Assembly (NCBI RefSeq): GCF_009914755.1
Contig: NC_060933.1
Strand: one strand, 5' to 3'
DNA: 64,000 nt
Source of the DNA: the human T2T-CHM13v2.0 reference genome, Homo sapiens
Every line of letters starts with the position of its first letter. The stretch's first letter is position 1. Shown here in pieces: positions 1 through 15,300 of the stretch. The notes under the pieces were generated by a model that was not told where the DNA came from, did no database searches, and was given only the letters and a program-made list of their open reading frames with translations. Position numbers and translations under genes: made by a program.

Positions 1-340
1 ATTCTGATCCATTACATTCCCCTGCACTCGGGTTGATTCCATTCCATTCCATTCCATTCCATACCATTCCATTCGATTGCATTCCATTCCAATTCTTTCC
101 ATTCCATTCAATTCCGTACCATTCCATTCCATTCCATACAATTCCATTCCATTCCATTCCATTCCATTCCGTTCCGTTCCGTTCCGTTCCATTCCATTCC
201 ATACCATTCTATTCCATTCCATTCCATTCCATTCCGTTCCGTTCCATTCCTTTCCATTCCATCCTATTCCATTCTATTCCATTCCATTGCAATCGAGTTG
301 AATCCATTGCATTCCATTCCATTCCATTCCATTCCATTCC

Positions 341-3300
341 ATTCCGGAAGATTCCATTCCATTGCATTCCATTCCATTCCATTCCCCTGCACTCGCGCTG
401 ATTCCATTCCATTCCATTCCATTCCATTCCATTCCATTCCTTTCCTTTCCATTCCATTCCATTCCATTCCATTCCATTCCGTTCCGTTCCATTCCTTTCC
501 ATTCCTTTCCATTCCATTTTATTCGGGTTAATTCCATTCCATTCCATTCGATTGCAATCGAGTTGATTCCATTCCATTCCATTCCATTCCATTCCATTCC
601 ATTCCATTCCATTCCTTTCCATTCCATTACGGATGATTCAATTCCATTGCATTCCATTCCATTCCATTCCCTTGTACTCGGGTTGATTCCATTCCATTGC
701 ATTCCAATCCATGCCATTCCACTCGTGTTTATTCCATTCTTTCCATTCCATTCAAGTTGAATCCATTCCTTTGCAATCCATTCCATTCGATTCCATTCGA
801 TTGCACTCGGGTTGATTCCATTCCATTGCATTCCATTCCATTCCATTCCATTCCATTCCTTTCCGTTCCGTTCCATTCCATTCCATTCCATTCCATTCCA
901 TTCCGTTCCGTTCCATTCCATTCCATTCCATTCTATTCGGGTTAATTCCATTCCATTCCATTCGATTGCAATCGAGTTGATTCCATTCCATTCCATTCCA
1001 TTCCATTCCATTCCATTCCATTCCTTTCCATTCCATTACGGATGATTCCATTCCATTGCATTCCATTCCATTCCATTCCCCTGTACTCGGGTTGATTCCA
1101 TTCCATTCCATTCCAATCCATGCCATTCCACTCGTGTTCATTCCATTCTTTCCATTCCATTCAAGTTGAATCCATTCCATTGCATTCCATTCCATTCGAT
1201 TCCATTCGATTGCACTCGGGTTGATTCCACTGCATTGCATTCCATTCCATTCCATTCCATTCCATTCCATTCCATTCCGTTCCATTCCATTCCATTCCAT
1301 TACATTCGGATTGATTCTATTCAATTCCCTTACACTCCATTACATTCCATTCCATTCGGGTAGTTTCCATTCCATTCCATTCCATTCCTCTCCATTCCAT
1401 TGCACTCGGGTTGATTCCATACCATTGCATTCCATTCCATTCCATTCCATTCCATTCCATTCCTTTCCATTCCATTCCATTACATTCGGATTGATTCTAT
1501 TCAACTCCCTTACTCTCCATTACATTCCATTCCATTCGGGTTGTTCCATTCCATTCCATTCCATTCCACTCCATTCCATTGCACTCGGGTTGATTCCATT
1601 CCATTCCATTCCATTCCATTCCATTCCATTCCGGAAGATTCCATTCCATTGCATTCCATTCCATTCCATTCCCCTGCACTCGCGTTGATTCCATTCCATT
1701 CCATTCCATTCCATTCCATTCCCTTCCTTTCCGTTCCATTCCATTCCATTCCATTCCATTCCGTTCCGTTCCATTCCATTCCATTCCATTCTATTCGGGT
1801 TAATTCCATTCCATTCCATTCGATTGCAATCGAGTTGATTCCATTCCATTCCATTCCATTCCATTCCATTCCATTCCATTCCTTTCCATTCCATTACGGA
1901 TGATTCCATTCCATTGCATTCCATTCCATTCCATTCCCCTTTACTCGGGTTGATTCCATCCCATTCCATTCCAATCCATGCCATTCCACTCGTGTTGATT
2001 CCATTCTTTCCATTCCATTCAAGTTGAATCCATTCCATTGCATTCCATTCCATTCGATTCCATTCGATTGCACTCGGGTTGATTCCATTCCATTGCATTC
2101 CATTCCATTCCATTCCATTCCATTCCATTCCATTCCGTTCCATTCCATTCCATTACATTCGGATTGATTCTATTCAATTCCCTTACACTCCATTACATTC
2201 CATTCCATTCGTGTAGTTTCCATTCCATTCCATTCCATTCCTCTCCATTCCATTGACCTCGGGTTGATTCCATTCCATTGCATTCCATTCCATTCCAATC
2301 CATTCAATTCCGTTCCATTCCATTCCATTACATTCGGATTGATTCTATTCAACTCCCTTACTCTCCATTACATTCCATTCCATTAGGGTTGTTCCATTCC
2401 ATTTCATTCCATTCCACTCCATTCCATTGCACTCGGGTTTATTCCATTCCATTCCATTCCATTCCATTCCATTCCATTCCTTTCCGTTCCATTCCATTCC
2501 ATTCCATTCCAATCCAATCCATTCCATTCCGTTCCGTTCCGTTCCATTCCATTCCATTCCATTCTATTCGGGTTAATTCCATTCAATTCCATTCGATTGC
2601 AATCGAGTGGATTCCATTCCATTCCATTCCATTCCATTCCATTCCATTCCATTCCATTCCATTCCTTTCCATTCCATTACGGATGATTCCATTCCATTGC
2701 ATTCCATTCCATTCCATTCCATTCCAGTCCTTTCCATTCCATTCCACTCGGGTTGATTCCAATGTATTCCTTTCCATTCCATTCCATTCCATTGCAATCG
2801 AGTTGATTCCATTGCTTTGCATTCCATTCCATTCCATTCCATTCCGGATGATTCCATTCCATTGCATTCCACTCCATTCCATTCCCCTGCCCTCGGGTTG
2901 ATTCCATTCCATTCCACTCCATTCCGTTCCATTCCATTCCATTCCATTGTATTCGTGTTAATTCCATTCCATTCCATTGCATTCCATTCCATTCCATTAC
3001 AATCGAGTTGATTCCATTCCATTCCATTCCATTCCAGTCCTTTCCATTCCATTCCTCTCAGGTTGATTCCATTCTATTAGTTTCCATTCCATTCCATTCC
3101 CTTCCATTCCACTCTGGTTGATACCATTCCTTTCCATTCCACTCGAATACATTCCCTCCTATTCCACTCGGAATGATTCCATTCCATTCCATTCCATTCC
3201 ACTCCATTCCAATCGAGTTGATTCCATTCCATTCCACTCCATTCCATTGCACTCGGGTTGATTCCATTCCATTCCATTCCATTTCATTCCATTCCGGATG

Positions 3301-6300
3301 ATTCCATTCCATTGCATTCCGTTCCATTACATTCCCCTGCACTCGCGTTGATTCCATTCCATTCCATTCCATTCCATTCAATTCCATTCCATTACAATTC
3401 GTTCCATTCCATTCTATTCCGTACTATTCCATTCCATTCCATACCATTCCATTCCATTCCATTCCGTTCCATTCCGTTCCATTCCATTCCATTCCATTCT
3501 ATTCGAATTAATTCCATTCCATTCCATTCCATTCCATTCTATTCCATTCCATTGCAATCGAGTTGAATCCATTGCATTTCATTCCATTCCATTCCATTCC
3601 GGAAGATTCCATTCCATTGCATTCCATTCCATTCCATTCCCCTGCACTCGCGTTGATTCCATTCCATTCCATTCCATTCCATTCCATTCCGTTCCGTTCC
3701 ATTCCATTCCATTCCATTCCATTCCATTCCATTCCGTTCTGTTCCATTCCATTCCATTCCATTCTATTCGGGTTAATTCCATTCCATTCCATTCGATTGC
3801 AATCGAGTTGATTCCATTCCATTCCATTCCATTCCATTCCATTCCATTCCTTTCCATTCCATTACGGATGTTTCCATTCCATTGCATTCCATTCCATTCC
3901 ATTCCCCTGTACTCGGGTTGATTCCATTCCATTCAATTCCAATCCATGCCATTCCACTCGTGCTGAATCCATTCTTTCCATTCCATTCAAGTTGAATCCA
4001 TTCCATTGCATTCCATTCCATTGGATTCCATTCGATTGCACTCGGGTTGATTCCATTCCATTGCATTCCATTCCATTCCATTCCATTCCATTCCGTTCCA
4101 TTCCATTCCATTACATTCGGATTGATTCTATTCAATTCCCTTACACTCCATTACATTCCATTCCATTCGGGTAGTTTCCATTCCATTCCATTCCATTCCT
4201 CTCCATTCCATTGCACTCGGGTTGATTCCATTCCATTGCATTCCATTCCATTCCATTCAATTCCATTCCGTTCCATTCCATTCCATTACATTCGGATTGA
4301 TTCTATTCAACTCCCTTACTCTCCATTACATTCCATTCCATTCGGGTTGTTCCATTCCATTCCATTCCATTCCACTCCATTCGATTGCACTCGGGGGGAT
4401 TCCATTCCATTCCATTCCATTCCATTCCATTCCATTCCGGAAGATTCCATCCCATTGCATTCCATTCCATTCCATTCCCCTGCACTTGCGTTGATTCCAT
4501 TCCATTCCATTCTATTCCATTCCATTCCCTTCCTTTCCGTTCCATTCCATTCCATCCCATTCCATTCCATTCCGTTCCGTTCCATTCCATTCCATTCCAT
4601 TCTATTCGGGTTAATTCCATTCCATTCCATTCGATTGCAATCGAGTTGATTCCATTCCATTCCATTCCATTCCATTCCATTCCATTCCATTCCTTTCCAT
4701 TCCATTACGGATGATTCCACTCCATTGCATTCCATACCATTCCATTCCCCTATACTCGGGTTGATTCCATTCCATTCCATTCCAATCCATGCCATTCCAC
4801 TCGTGTTGATTCCATTCTTTCCATTCCATTCAAGTTGAATCCATTCCATTGCATTCCATTCCATTGGATTCCATTCAATTGCACTCGGGTTGATTCCATT
4901 CCATTGCATTCCATTCCATTCCATTCCATTCCATTCCATTCCATTCCGTTCCATTCCATTACATTCGGATTGATTGTATTCAACTCCCTTACTCTCCATT
5001 ACATTCCATTCCATTCGGGTTGTTCCATTCCATTCCCTTCCATTCCACTCCATTCCATTGCGCTCAGATTGATTCCATTCCATTCCATTCCATTCCATTC
5101 CATTCCATTCCATTCCGGATGATTCCATTCCATTGCATTCCGTTCCATTACATTCCCCTGCACTCGGGTTGATTCCATTCCATTCCATTCCATTCCATTC
5201 CATTCCATTCCATTCTAATTCTTTCCATTCCATTCTATTCCGTACCATTCCATTCCATTCCATACAATTCCATTCCATTCCATTCCACTCCGTTCCATTC
5301 CGTTCCGTTCTGTTCCTTTCCATTCCATTCCATTCCATTCTATTCGGTTTAATTCCATTCCATTCCATTCCATTCCATTCCATTCCATTCTATTCCATTC
5401 CATTGCAATCGAGTTGAATCCATTGCATTCCATTCCATTCCATTCCATTCCATTCCATTCCATTCCGGAAGATTCCATTCCATTGCATTCCATTCCATTC
5501 CATTCCATTCCATTCCATTCCATTCCATTCCATTCCATTCCATTCCGGAAGATTCCATTCCATTGCATTCCATTCCATTCCATTCCATTCCATTCCATTC
5601 CATTCCATTCCATTCCATTCCATTGTACTCGGGTTGATTCCATTCCATTGCATTCCATTCCATTCCATTCCATTCCATTCCATTCCATTCCGTTCCGTTC
5701 CATTCCATTCCATTCCATTCGGATTGATTCTTTTCAACTCCCTTACTCTCCATTACATTCCATTCCATTCGGGTTGTTCCATTGCATTCCATTCCATTCC
5801 ACTCCATTCCATTGCACTCGGGTTGATTCCATTCCATTGCATTCCATTCCATTCCATTCAATTCCATTCCATTCCATTCCATTCCATTACATTCGGATTG
5901 ATTCTATTCAACTCCCTTACTCTCCATTACATTCCATTCCATTCGGGTTGTTCCATTCCATTCCATTCCATTCCACTCCATTCCATTGCACTCGGGTTGA
6001 TTCCATTCCATTCCATTCCATTCCATTCCATTCCATTCCATTGTACTCGGGTTGAATCCATTCCATTGCATCCCATTCCATTCCATTCAATTCCATTCCG
6101 TTCCATTCCATTCCATTACATTCGGATTGATTCTATTCAACTCCCTTAGTCTCCATTACATTCCATTCCATTCGGGTTGTTCCATTCCATTCCATTCCAT
6201 TCCACTCCATTCCATTGCACTCGGGTTTATTCCATTCCATTCCATTCCATTCCATTCAATTCCATTCCATTCCGGAAGATTCCATTCCATTGCATTCCAT

Positions 6301-9300
6301 TCCATTCCATTCCCCTGCACTCGCGTTGATTCCATTCCATTCCATTCCATTCCATTCCATTCCATTCCCTTCCTTTCCGTTCCGTTCCATTCCATTCCAT
6401 TCCATTCCATTCCATTCCATTCCGTTCCGTTCCGTTCCGTTCCATTCCATTCCATTCCATTCTATTCGGGTTAATTCCATTCCATTCCATTCGATTGCAA
6501 TCGAGCTGATTCCATTCCATTCCATTCCATTCCATTCCATTCCATTCCATTGCATTCCTTTCCTTTCCATTCCATTACGGATGATTCCATTCCATTGCAT
6601 TCCATGCCATTCCATTCCCCTGTACTCGGGTTGATTCCATTCCATTCCATTCCAATCCATGCCATTCCACTCGTGTTGATTCCATTCTTTCCATTCCAAT
6701 CAAGTTGAATCCATTCCATTGCATTCCATTCCATTCCATTCCCCTGCAGTCGGGTTGATTCCATTCCATTCCATTCCATTCCATTCCATTCCATTCCAAT
6801 CAAGTTGATTCCATTCCATTCCATTCCATTCCATTCCACTCCATTCCAGTCCTTTCCATTCCATTCCACTCGGGTTGATTCCAATGTATTCCTTTCCATT
6901 CCATTCCATTCCATTGCAATCGAGTTGATTCCATTGCTTTGCATTCCATTCCATTCCATTCCATTCCGGATGATTCCATTCCATTGCATTCCATTCCATT
7001 CCATTCCCCTGCACTCGGGTTGATTCCATTCCATTCCACTCCATTCCATTCCATTCCATTCCATTCCATTGTATTCGGGTTAATTCCATTCCATTCCATT
7101 CCATTCCATTCCATTACAATCGAGTTGATTCCATTCCATTCCATTCCATTCCAGTCCTTTCCATTCCATTCCACTCGGGTTGATTCCATTCTATTAGTTT
7201 CCATTCCATTCCATTCCCTTCCATTCCACTCTGGTTGATTCCATTCCTTTCCATTCCACTCGAATACATTCCCTACTATTCCACTCGGAACGATTCCATT
7301 CCATTGCATTCCATTCCATTCCATTTCGTTCCATTCCATTCTATTCCGTATCATTCCATTCCATTCCATTCCATTCCCCTGCACTCGCGGTGATTCCATT
7401 CCATTCCATTCCATTACATTCCGTTCCGTTCCATTCCATTCCATTCCATTCCATTCCGTTCCGTTCCATTTCATTCCATTCCATTCTATTCGGGTTAATT
7501 CCATGCCATTCCATTCGATTGCAATCGAGTTGATTCCATTCCATTCCATTCCATTCCATTCCTTTCCATTCCATTACGGATGATTCCATTCCATTGCATT
7601 CCATTCCATTCCATTCCCCTGTACTCGGGTTGATTCCATTCCATTCCATTCCAATCCATGCCGTTCCACTCGTGTTGATTCCATTCTTTCCATTCCATTC
7701 AAGTTGAATCCATTCCATTGCATTCCATTCCATTCGATTCCATTCGATTGCACTCGGGTTGATTCCATTCCATTGCATTCCATTCCATTCCATTCCATTC
7801 CATTCCATTCCATTCCGTTCCATTCCATTCCGTTACATTCGGATTGATTCTATTCAATTGCCTTACACTCCATTACATTCCATTCCATTCGGGTAGTTTC
7901 CATTCCATTCCATTCCATTCCTCTCCATTCCATTGCACTCGGGTTGATTCCATTCCATTGCATTCCATTCCATTCCATTCAATTCCATTCCGTTCCATTC
8001 CATTCCATTACATTCGGATTGATTCTATTCAACTCCCTTACTCTCCATTACATTCCATTCCATTCGGGTTGTTCCATTCCATTCCATTCCATTCCACTCC
8101 ATTCCATTGTACTCGGGTTTATTCCATTCCATTCCATTCCATTCCATTCCATTCCGGAAGATTCCATTCCATTGCATTCCATTCCATTCCATTCCCCTGC
8201 ACTCGCCTTGATTCCATTCCATTCCATTCTATTCCATTCCATTCCCTTCCTTTCCGTTCCATTCCATTCCATTCCATTCCATTCCATTCCGTTCCGTTCC
8301 ATTCCATTCCATTCCATTCTATTCGGGTTAATTCCATTCCATTCCATTCGATTGCAATCGAGTTGATTCCATTACATTCCATTCCATTCCATTCCATTCC
8401 TTTCCATTCCATTACGGATGATTCCATTCCATTGCATTCCATTCCATTCCATTCCCCTGTACTCGGGTTGATTCCATTCCATTCCATTCCAATCCATGCC
8501 ATTCCACTCGTGTTGATTCCATTCTTTCCATTCCATTCAAGTTGAATCCATTCCACTGCATTCCATTCCATTTGATTCCATTCGATTGCACTCGGTTTGA
8601 TTCCATTCCATTGCATTCCATTCCATTCCATTCCATTCCATTCCATTCCATTCCCTTCCATTCTACTCTGGTTGATTCCTTTCCTTTCCATTCCACTCGA
8701 ATACATTCCCTCCTATTCCACTCGGAACGATTCCATTCCATTCCATTCCATTCCATTCCATTCCATTCCATTCCATTCCATTTCGTTCCATTCCATTCTA
8801 TTCCGTATCATTCCATTCCATTCCATTCCATTCCATTCCATTCCATTCCATTGGACTCGGGTTGATTCCATTCCATTGCATTCCATTGCATTCCATTACA
8901 ATCGAGTTGATTCCATTCCATTCCATTCCATTCCAGTCCTTTCCATTCCATTCCACTCGGGTTGATTCCATTCTATTAGTTTCCATTCCATTCCATTCCC
9001 TTCCATTCCACTCTGGTTGATTCCATTCCTTTCCATTCCACTCGAATACATTCCCTCCTATTCCACTCGGAACGATTGCATTCCATTCCAATCCATTCCA
9101 TTCCATTCCATTCCATTCCATTCCATTTCGTTCCATTCCATTCTATTCCGTATCATTCCATTCCATTCCATTCCATTCCATTCCCCTGCAGTCGGGTTGT
9201 TTCCATTCCATTGCATTCCCTTCCATTCCATTCCATTCCATTCCATTCCGTTCCGTTCCATTCCATTCCATTCCATTCTATTCGGGTTATTTCCATTCCA

Positions 9301-12300
9301 TTCCATTCCATTCCATTCCATTCCTCTCCATTCCATTGCACTCGGGTTGATTCCATTCCATTCCATTCCATTCCATTCCATTCCATTCCGTTCCATTGTA
9401 CTCGGGTTGATTCCATTCCATTGCATTCCATTCCATTCCATTCCATTCCATTCCATTCCATTCCGTTCCATTCCATTACATTCGGATTGATTCTATTCAA
9501 CTCCCTTACTCTCCATTACATTCCATTCCATTCGGGTTGTTCCATTCCATTCCATTCCATTCCACTCCATTCCATTGCACTCGGGTTGATTCCATTCCAT
9601 TCCATTCCATTCCATTCCATTCCATTCCATTCCATTCCGGATGATTCCATTCCATTGCATTCCTTTCCATTACATTCCCCTGCACTCGGGTTGATTCCAT
9701 TCCATTCCATTCCATTCAATTCCGGAAGATTCCATTCCATTGCATTCCATTCCATTCCATTCCCCTGCACTCGCGTTGATTCCATTCCATTCCATTCGAT
9801 TCCATTCCATTCCTTTCCATTCCTTTCCATTACATTCGGATTGATTCTATTCAACTCCCTTACTCTCCATTACATTCCATTCCATTCGGGTAGTTCCATT
9901 CCATTCCATTCCATTCCATTCCACTTCATTCCATTGCACTCGTGTTGATTCCATTCCATTCCATTGCATTCCGTTCCGCATGATTCCATTCCATTGCATT
10001 CCATTCCATTCCATTCCCCTGCAGTTGGGTTGATTCCATTCCATTCCATTCCATTCCATTCCATTCCGTTCCGTTCCATTCCATTCCATTCCATTCCGTT
10101 CCATTCCATTCCTTTCCGTTCCATTCCATTCCATTCCATTCCATTCTATTCGGGTTAATTCCATTCCATTCCATTCGATTGCAATCGAGTTGATTCCATT
10201 CCATTCCATTCCATTCCATTCCATTCCATTCCATTCCATTCCATTGCTTTCCATTCCATTACGGATGATTCCATTCCATTGCATTCCATTCCATTCCATT
10301 CCCCTGTACTCGGGTTGATTCCATTCCATTGCATTCCATTCCATTCCATTCCATTCCATTGCATTCCATTCCGTTCCATTCCATTTCATTACATTCAGAT
10401 TGATTCTATTCAATTCCCTTACACTCCATTATATTCCAATCCATTCTGGTTGTTTCCATTCGATTCCATTCCATTCCATTTCACTCCATTCCATTGCACT
10501 CGGGTTGATTCCATTCCATTCCATTCCATTGCATTCCATTACATTCCATTCCGGATGATTCCATTCCATTGCATTCCATTCCATTCCATACCCCTGCACT
10601 CGGGTTGATTCCATTCTATTCCATTACATTACATTCCGTTCCATTCCATTCCGTTCCATTCGGATTGATTCTATTCAATTCCCTTACACTCCATTACATT
10701 CCATTCCATTCGGGTAGTTTCCATTCCATTCCATTCCATTCCTCTCCATTCCATTGCACTCGGGTGGATTCCATTCCATTCCATTCCATTCCATTCCATT
10801 CCATTCCATTGTACTCGGGTTGATTCCATTCCTTTGCATTCCATTCCATTCCATTCCATTCCATTCCATTCCATTCCATTCCATTCCGTTCCATTCCATT
10901 ACATTCGGATTGATTCTATTCAACTCCCTTACTCTCCATTACATTCCATTCCATTCGGGTTGTTCCATTCCATTCCATTCCATTCCACTCCATTCCATTG
11001 CACTCGGGTTGATTCCATTCCATTCCATTCCATTCCATTCCATTGCATTCCATTCCATTCCATTGCATTTTGTACCAATCCATTCTATTCCGAACCATTC
11101 CATTCCATTCCACGCCATTCCTTTCCATTCCATTCCATGCCATTCCACTCGTGTTGATTCCATTCTTTCCATTCCATTTAAGTTGAATCCATTCCACTCC
11201 ATTCCATTCCATTCGAATCCATTCCATTGCACTCGGGTTGATTCCATTCCATTCAATTCCATTCGATTCCATTCCATTCCATTCCATTCCTTTCCATTAC
11301 ATTTCATTACATTCAGATTGATTCTATTCAATTCCGTTACACTCCATTATATTCCAATCCATTCAGGTTGTTTCCATTCCATTCCATTCCATTTCACACC
11401 ATTCCATTGCACTCGGTTTGATTCCATTCCATTCCATTCCATTCCATTCCGGATGAATCCATTCCATTGCATTCCATTCCATTCCATTCCCCTGCACTCA
11501 TGTTGATTCCATTCCATTCCATTCCACTCCATTCGGTTCCGTTCCATTCCATTCTATTGCATTCCATTCTATTCGGGTTAATTCCATTCCATTCTATTCC
11601 ATTCCATTCCATTCCATTCCATTACAATGGAGTTGATTCCATTCCATTCCATTCCATTCCGGATGATTCCATTCCATTCCATTCCATTCCATTCCATTCC
11701 CTTCCTTTCCGTTCCGTTCCATTCCATTCCATTCCATTCCATTCCATTCCATTCCATTCCATTCCGTTCCGTTCCATTCCATTCCATTCTATTCGGGTTA
11801 ATTCCATTCCATTCCATTCGACTGCAATCGAGTTGATTCCATTCCATTCCATTCCATTCCATTCCATTCCATTCCAGTCCTTTCCATTCCATTACGGATG
11901 ATTCCATTCCATTGCTTTCCATTCCATTCCATTCCCCTGTACTCGGGTTGATTCCATTCCATTCCATTCCAATCCATGCCATTCCACTCGTGTTGATTCC
12001 ATTCTTTCCTTTCCATTCAAGTTGAATCCATTCCATTGCATTCCATTCCATTCGATTCCATTCGATTGCACTCGGGTTGATTCCATTCCATTGCATTCCA
12101 TTCCACTCCATTCCATTCCATTCCATTCCATTCCGTTCCATTCCATTTCATTACATTCAGATTGATTCTATTCAATTCCCTTACACTCCATTATATTCCA
12201 ATCCATTCTGGTTGTTTCCATTCCATTCCATTCCATTTCACTCCATTCCATTGCACTCGGGTTGATTCCATTCCATTCCATTCCATTGCATTCCATTCCA

Positions 12301-15300
12301 TTCCATTCCGGATGATTCCATTCCATTGCATTCCATTCCATTCCATTCCCCTGCACTCGGGTTGATTCCATTCCATTCCATTCCATTACATTTCGTTCCA
12401 TTCCATTCCATTCCATTCGGATTGATTCTATTCAATTCCCTTACACTCCATTACATTCCATTCCATTCGGGTAGTTTCCATTCCATTCCATTCCATTACT
12501 CTGCATTCCATTGCACTCGGGTTGATTCCATTCCATTCCATTCCATTACATTCCATTCCATTACATTCCATTCCATTCCATTCCATTCCGTTCCATTGTA
12601 CTCGGGTTGATTCCATTCCATTGCATTCCATTCCATTCCATTCCATTCCATTCCATTCCATTCCGTTTCATTCCATTACATTCGGATTGATTCTATTCAA
12701 CTCCCTTACTCTCCATTACATTCCATTCCATTCGGGTTGTTCCATTCCATTCCATTCCATTCCACTCCATTCCATTGCACTCGGGTTGATTCCATTCCAT
12801 TCCATTCCATTCCATTCGATTCCATTCCATTCCAATTCTTTCCATTCCATTCTATTCCGTACCATGCCATTCCATTCCATACAATTCCATTCCATTCCAT
12901 TCCACTCCGTTCCGTTCCGTTCCGTTCCGTTCCATTCCTTTCCATTCTATTCGGGTTAATTCCATTCCATTCCATTCGATTGCAATCGAGTTGATTCCAT
13001 TCCATTCCATTCCATTCCATTCCATTCCATTCCATTCCATTCCATTCCTTTCCATTCCATTACGGATGATTCCATTCCATTGCATTCCATTCCATTCCAT
13101 TCCCCTGTACTCGGGTTGATTCCATTCCATTCCATTCCAATCCATGCCATTCCACTCGTGTTGATTCCATTCTTTCCATTCCATTCAAGTTGAATCCATT
13201 CCATTGCCTTCCATTCCATTCCATTCGCCTGCAGTCGGGTTGATTCCATTCCATTCCATTCCATTCCATTCCGTTCCGTTCCCTTCCATTCCATTCCATT
13301 CTATTCGGGTTAATTCCATTCCATTCCATTCCATTCCAATCGAGTTGATTCCATTCCATTCCATTCCATTCCATTCCACTCCATTCCAGTCCTTTCCATT
13401 CCATTCCACTCGGGTTGATTCCAATGTATTCCTTTCCATTCCATTCCATTCCATTGCAATCGAGTTGATTCCATTGCTTTGCATTCCATTCCATTCCATT
13501 CCATTCCGGATGATTCCATTCCATTGCATTCCATTCCATTCCATTCCCCTGCACTCGGGTTGATTCCATTCCATTCCCTTCCATTCCATTCCATTCCATT
13601 CCATTCCATTCCATTTCGTTCCATTCCATTCTATTCCGTATCATTCCATTCCATTCCATTCCATTCCATTCCATTCCATTCCATTCCATTCCATTCCATT
13701 GTACTCGGGTTGATTCAATTCCATTGCATTCCAATCCATTCCATTCCATTCCATTCCGTTGCATTCCATTCCATTACATTCGGATTGATTCTATTCAACT
13801 CCCTTACTCTCTATTACATTCCATTCCATTCTGGTTGTTCCATTCCATTCCATTCCATTCCACTCCATTCCATTGCACTCGGGTTGATTCCATTCCATTC
13901 CATTCCATTCCATTCCGGATGATTCCATTCCATTGCATTCCGTTCCATTACATTCCCCTGCACTCGGGTATGATTCCATTACATTCCTTTCCATTCCATT
14001 CCATTCCAATCCATTCCACTGCACTCGCGTTGATTCCATTCCATTCCATTCCATTCCATTCCATTCCATTCCATTCCATTCCATTCCTTTCCGTTCCATT
14101 CCATTCCATTCCATTACATTCCGTTCCGTTCCATTCCATTCCATTCCATTGTATTCGGGTTAATTCCATTCCATTCCATTCGATTGCAATCGAGTTGATT
14201 CCATTCCATTCCATTCCATTCCATTCCATTCCAGTCCTTTCCATTCCTTTCCATTCCATTACTGATGATTCCATTCCATTGCTTTCCATTCCATTCCATT
14301 CCCCTGTACTCGGGTTGATTCCATTCCATTCCATTCCAATCCATGCCATTCCACTCGTGTTGATTCCATTCTTTCCTTTCCATTCAAGTTGAATCCATTC
14401 CATTGCATTCCATTCCATTCGATTCCATTCGATTGCACTCAGGTTGATTCCATTCCATTGCATTCCATTCCACTCCATTCCATTCCATTCCATTCCATTC
14501 CGTTCCATTCCATTTCATTACATTCAGATTGATTCTATTCAATTCCCTTACACTCCATTATATTCCAATCCATTCTAGTTGTTTCCATTCCATTCCATTC
14601 CATTTCACTCCATTCCATTGCACTCGGGTTGATTCCATTCCATTCCATTCCATTGCATTCCATTCCATTCCATTCCGGATGATTCCATTCCATTGCATTC
14701 CATTCCATTCCATTCCCCTGCACTCGGGTTGATTCCATTCCATTCCATTGCATTACATTTCGTTCCATTCCATTCCATTCCATTCGGATTGATTCTATTC
14801 AATTCCCTTACACTCCATTACATTCCATTCCATTCGGGTAGTTTCCATTCCATTCCATTCCATTCCTCTCCATTCCAATGCACTCGGGTTGATTCCATTC
14901 CATTCCGTTCCATTCCATTCCATTCCATTCCATTCCATTCCATTCCATTCCATTCCGTTCCATTGTACTCGGGTTGATTCCATTCCATTGCATTCCATTC
15001 CATTCCATTCCATTCCATTCCATTCCATTCCATTCCGTTCCATTCCATTACATTCGGATTGATTCTATTCAACTCCCTTACTCTCCATTACATTCCATTC
15101 CATTCGGGTTGTTCCATTCCATTCCATTCCATTCCACTCCATTCCATTGCACTCAGGTTGATTCCATTCCATTCCGTTCCATTCCATTTCATTACATTCA
15201 GATTGATTCTATTCAATTCCCTTACACTCCATTATATTCCAATCCATTCTAGTTGTTTCCATTCCATTCCATTCCATTTCACTCCATTCCATTGCACTCG

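Noticed and set aside
4388-4402. G6 run (ctcggggggattcc) as a possible G-quadruplex seed
   Set aside because: It is a single isolated variant of ctcgggttgattcc with no neighbouring G-tracts.
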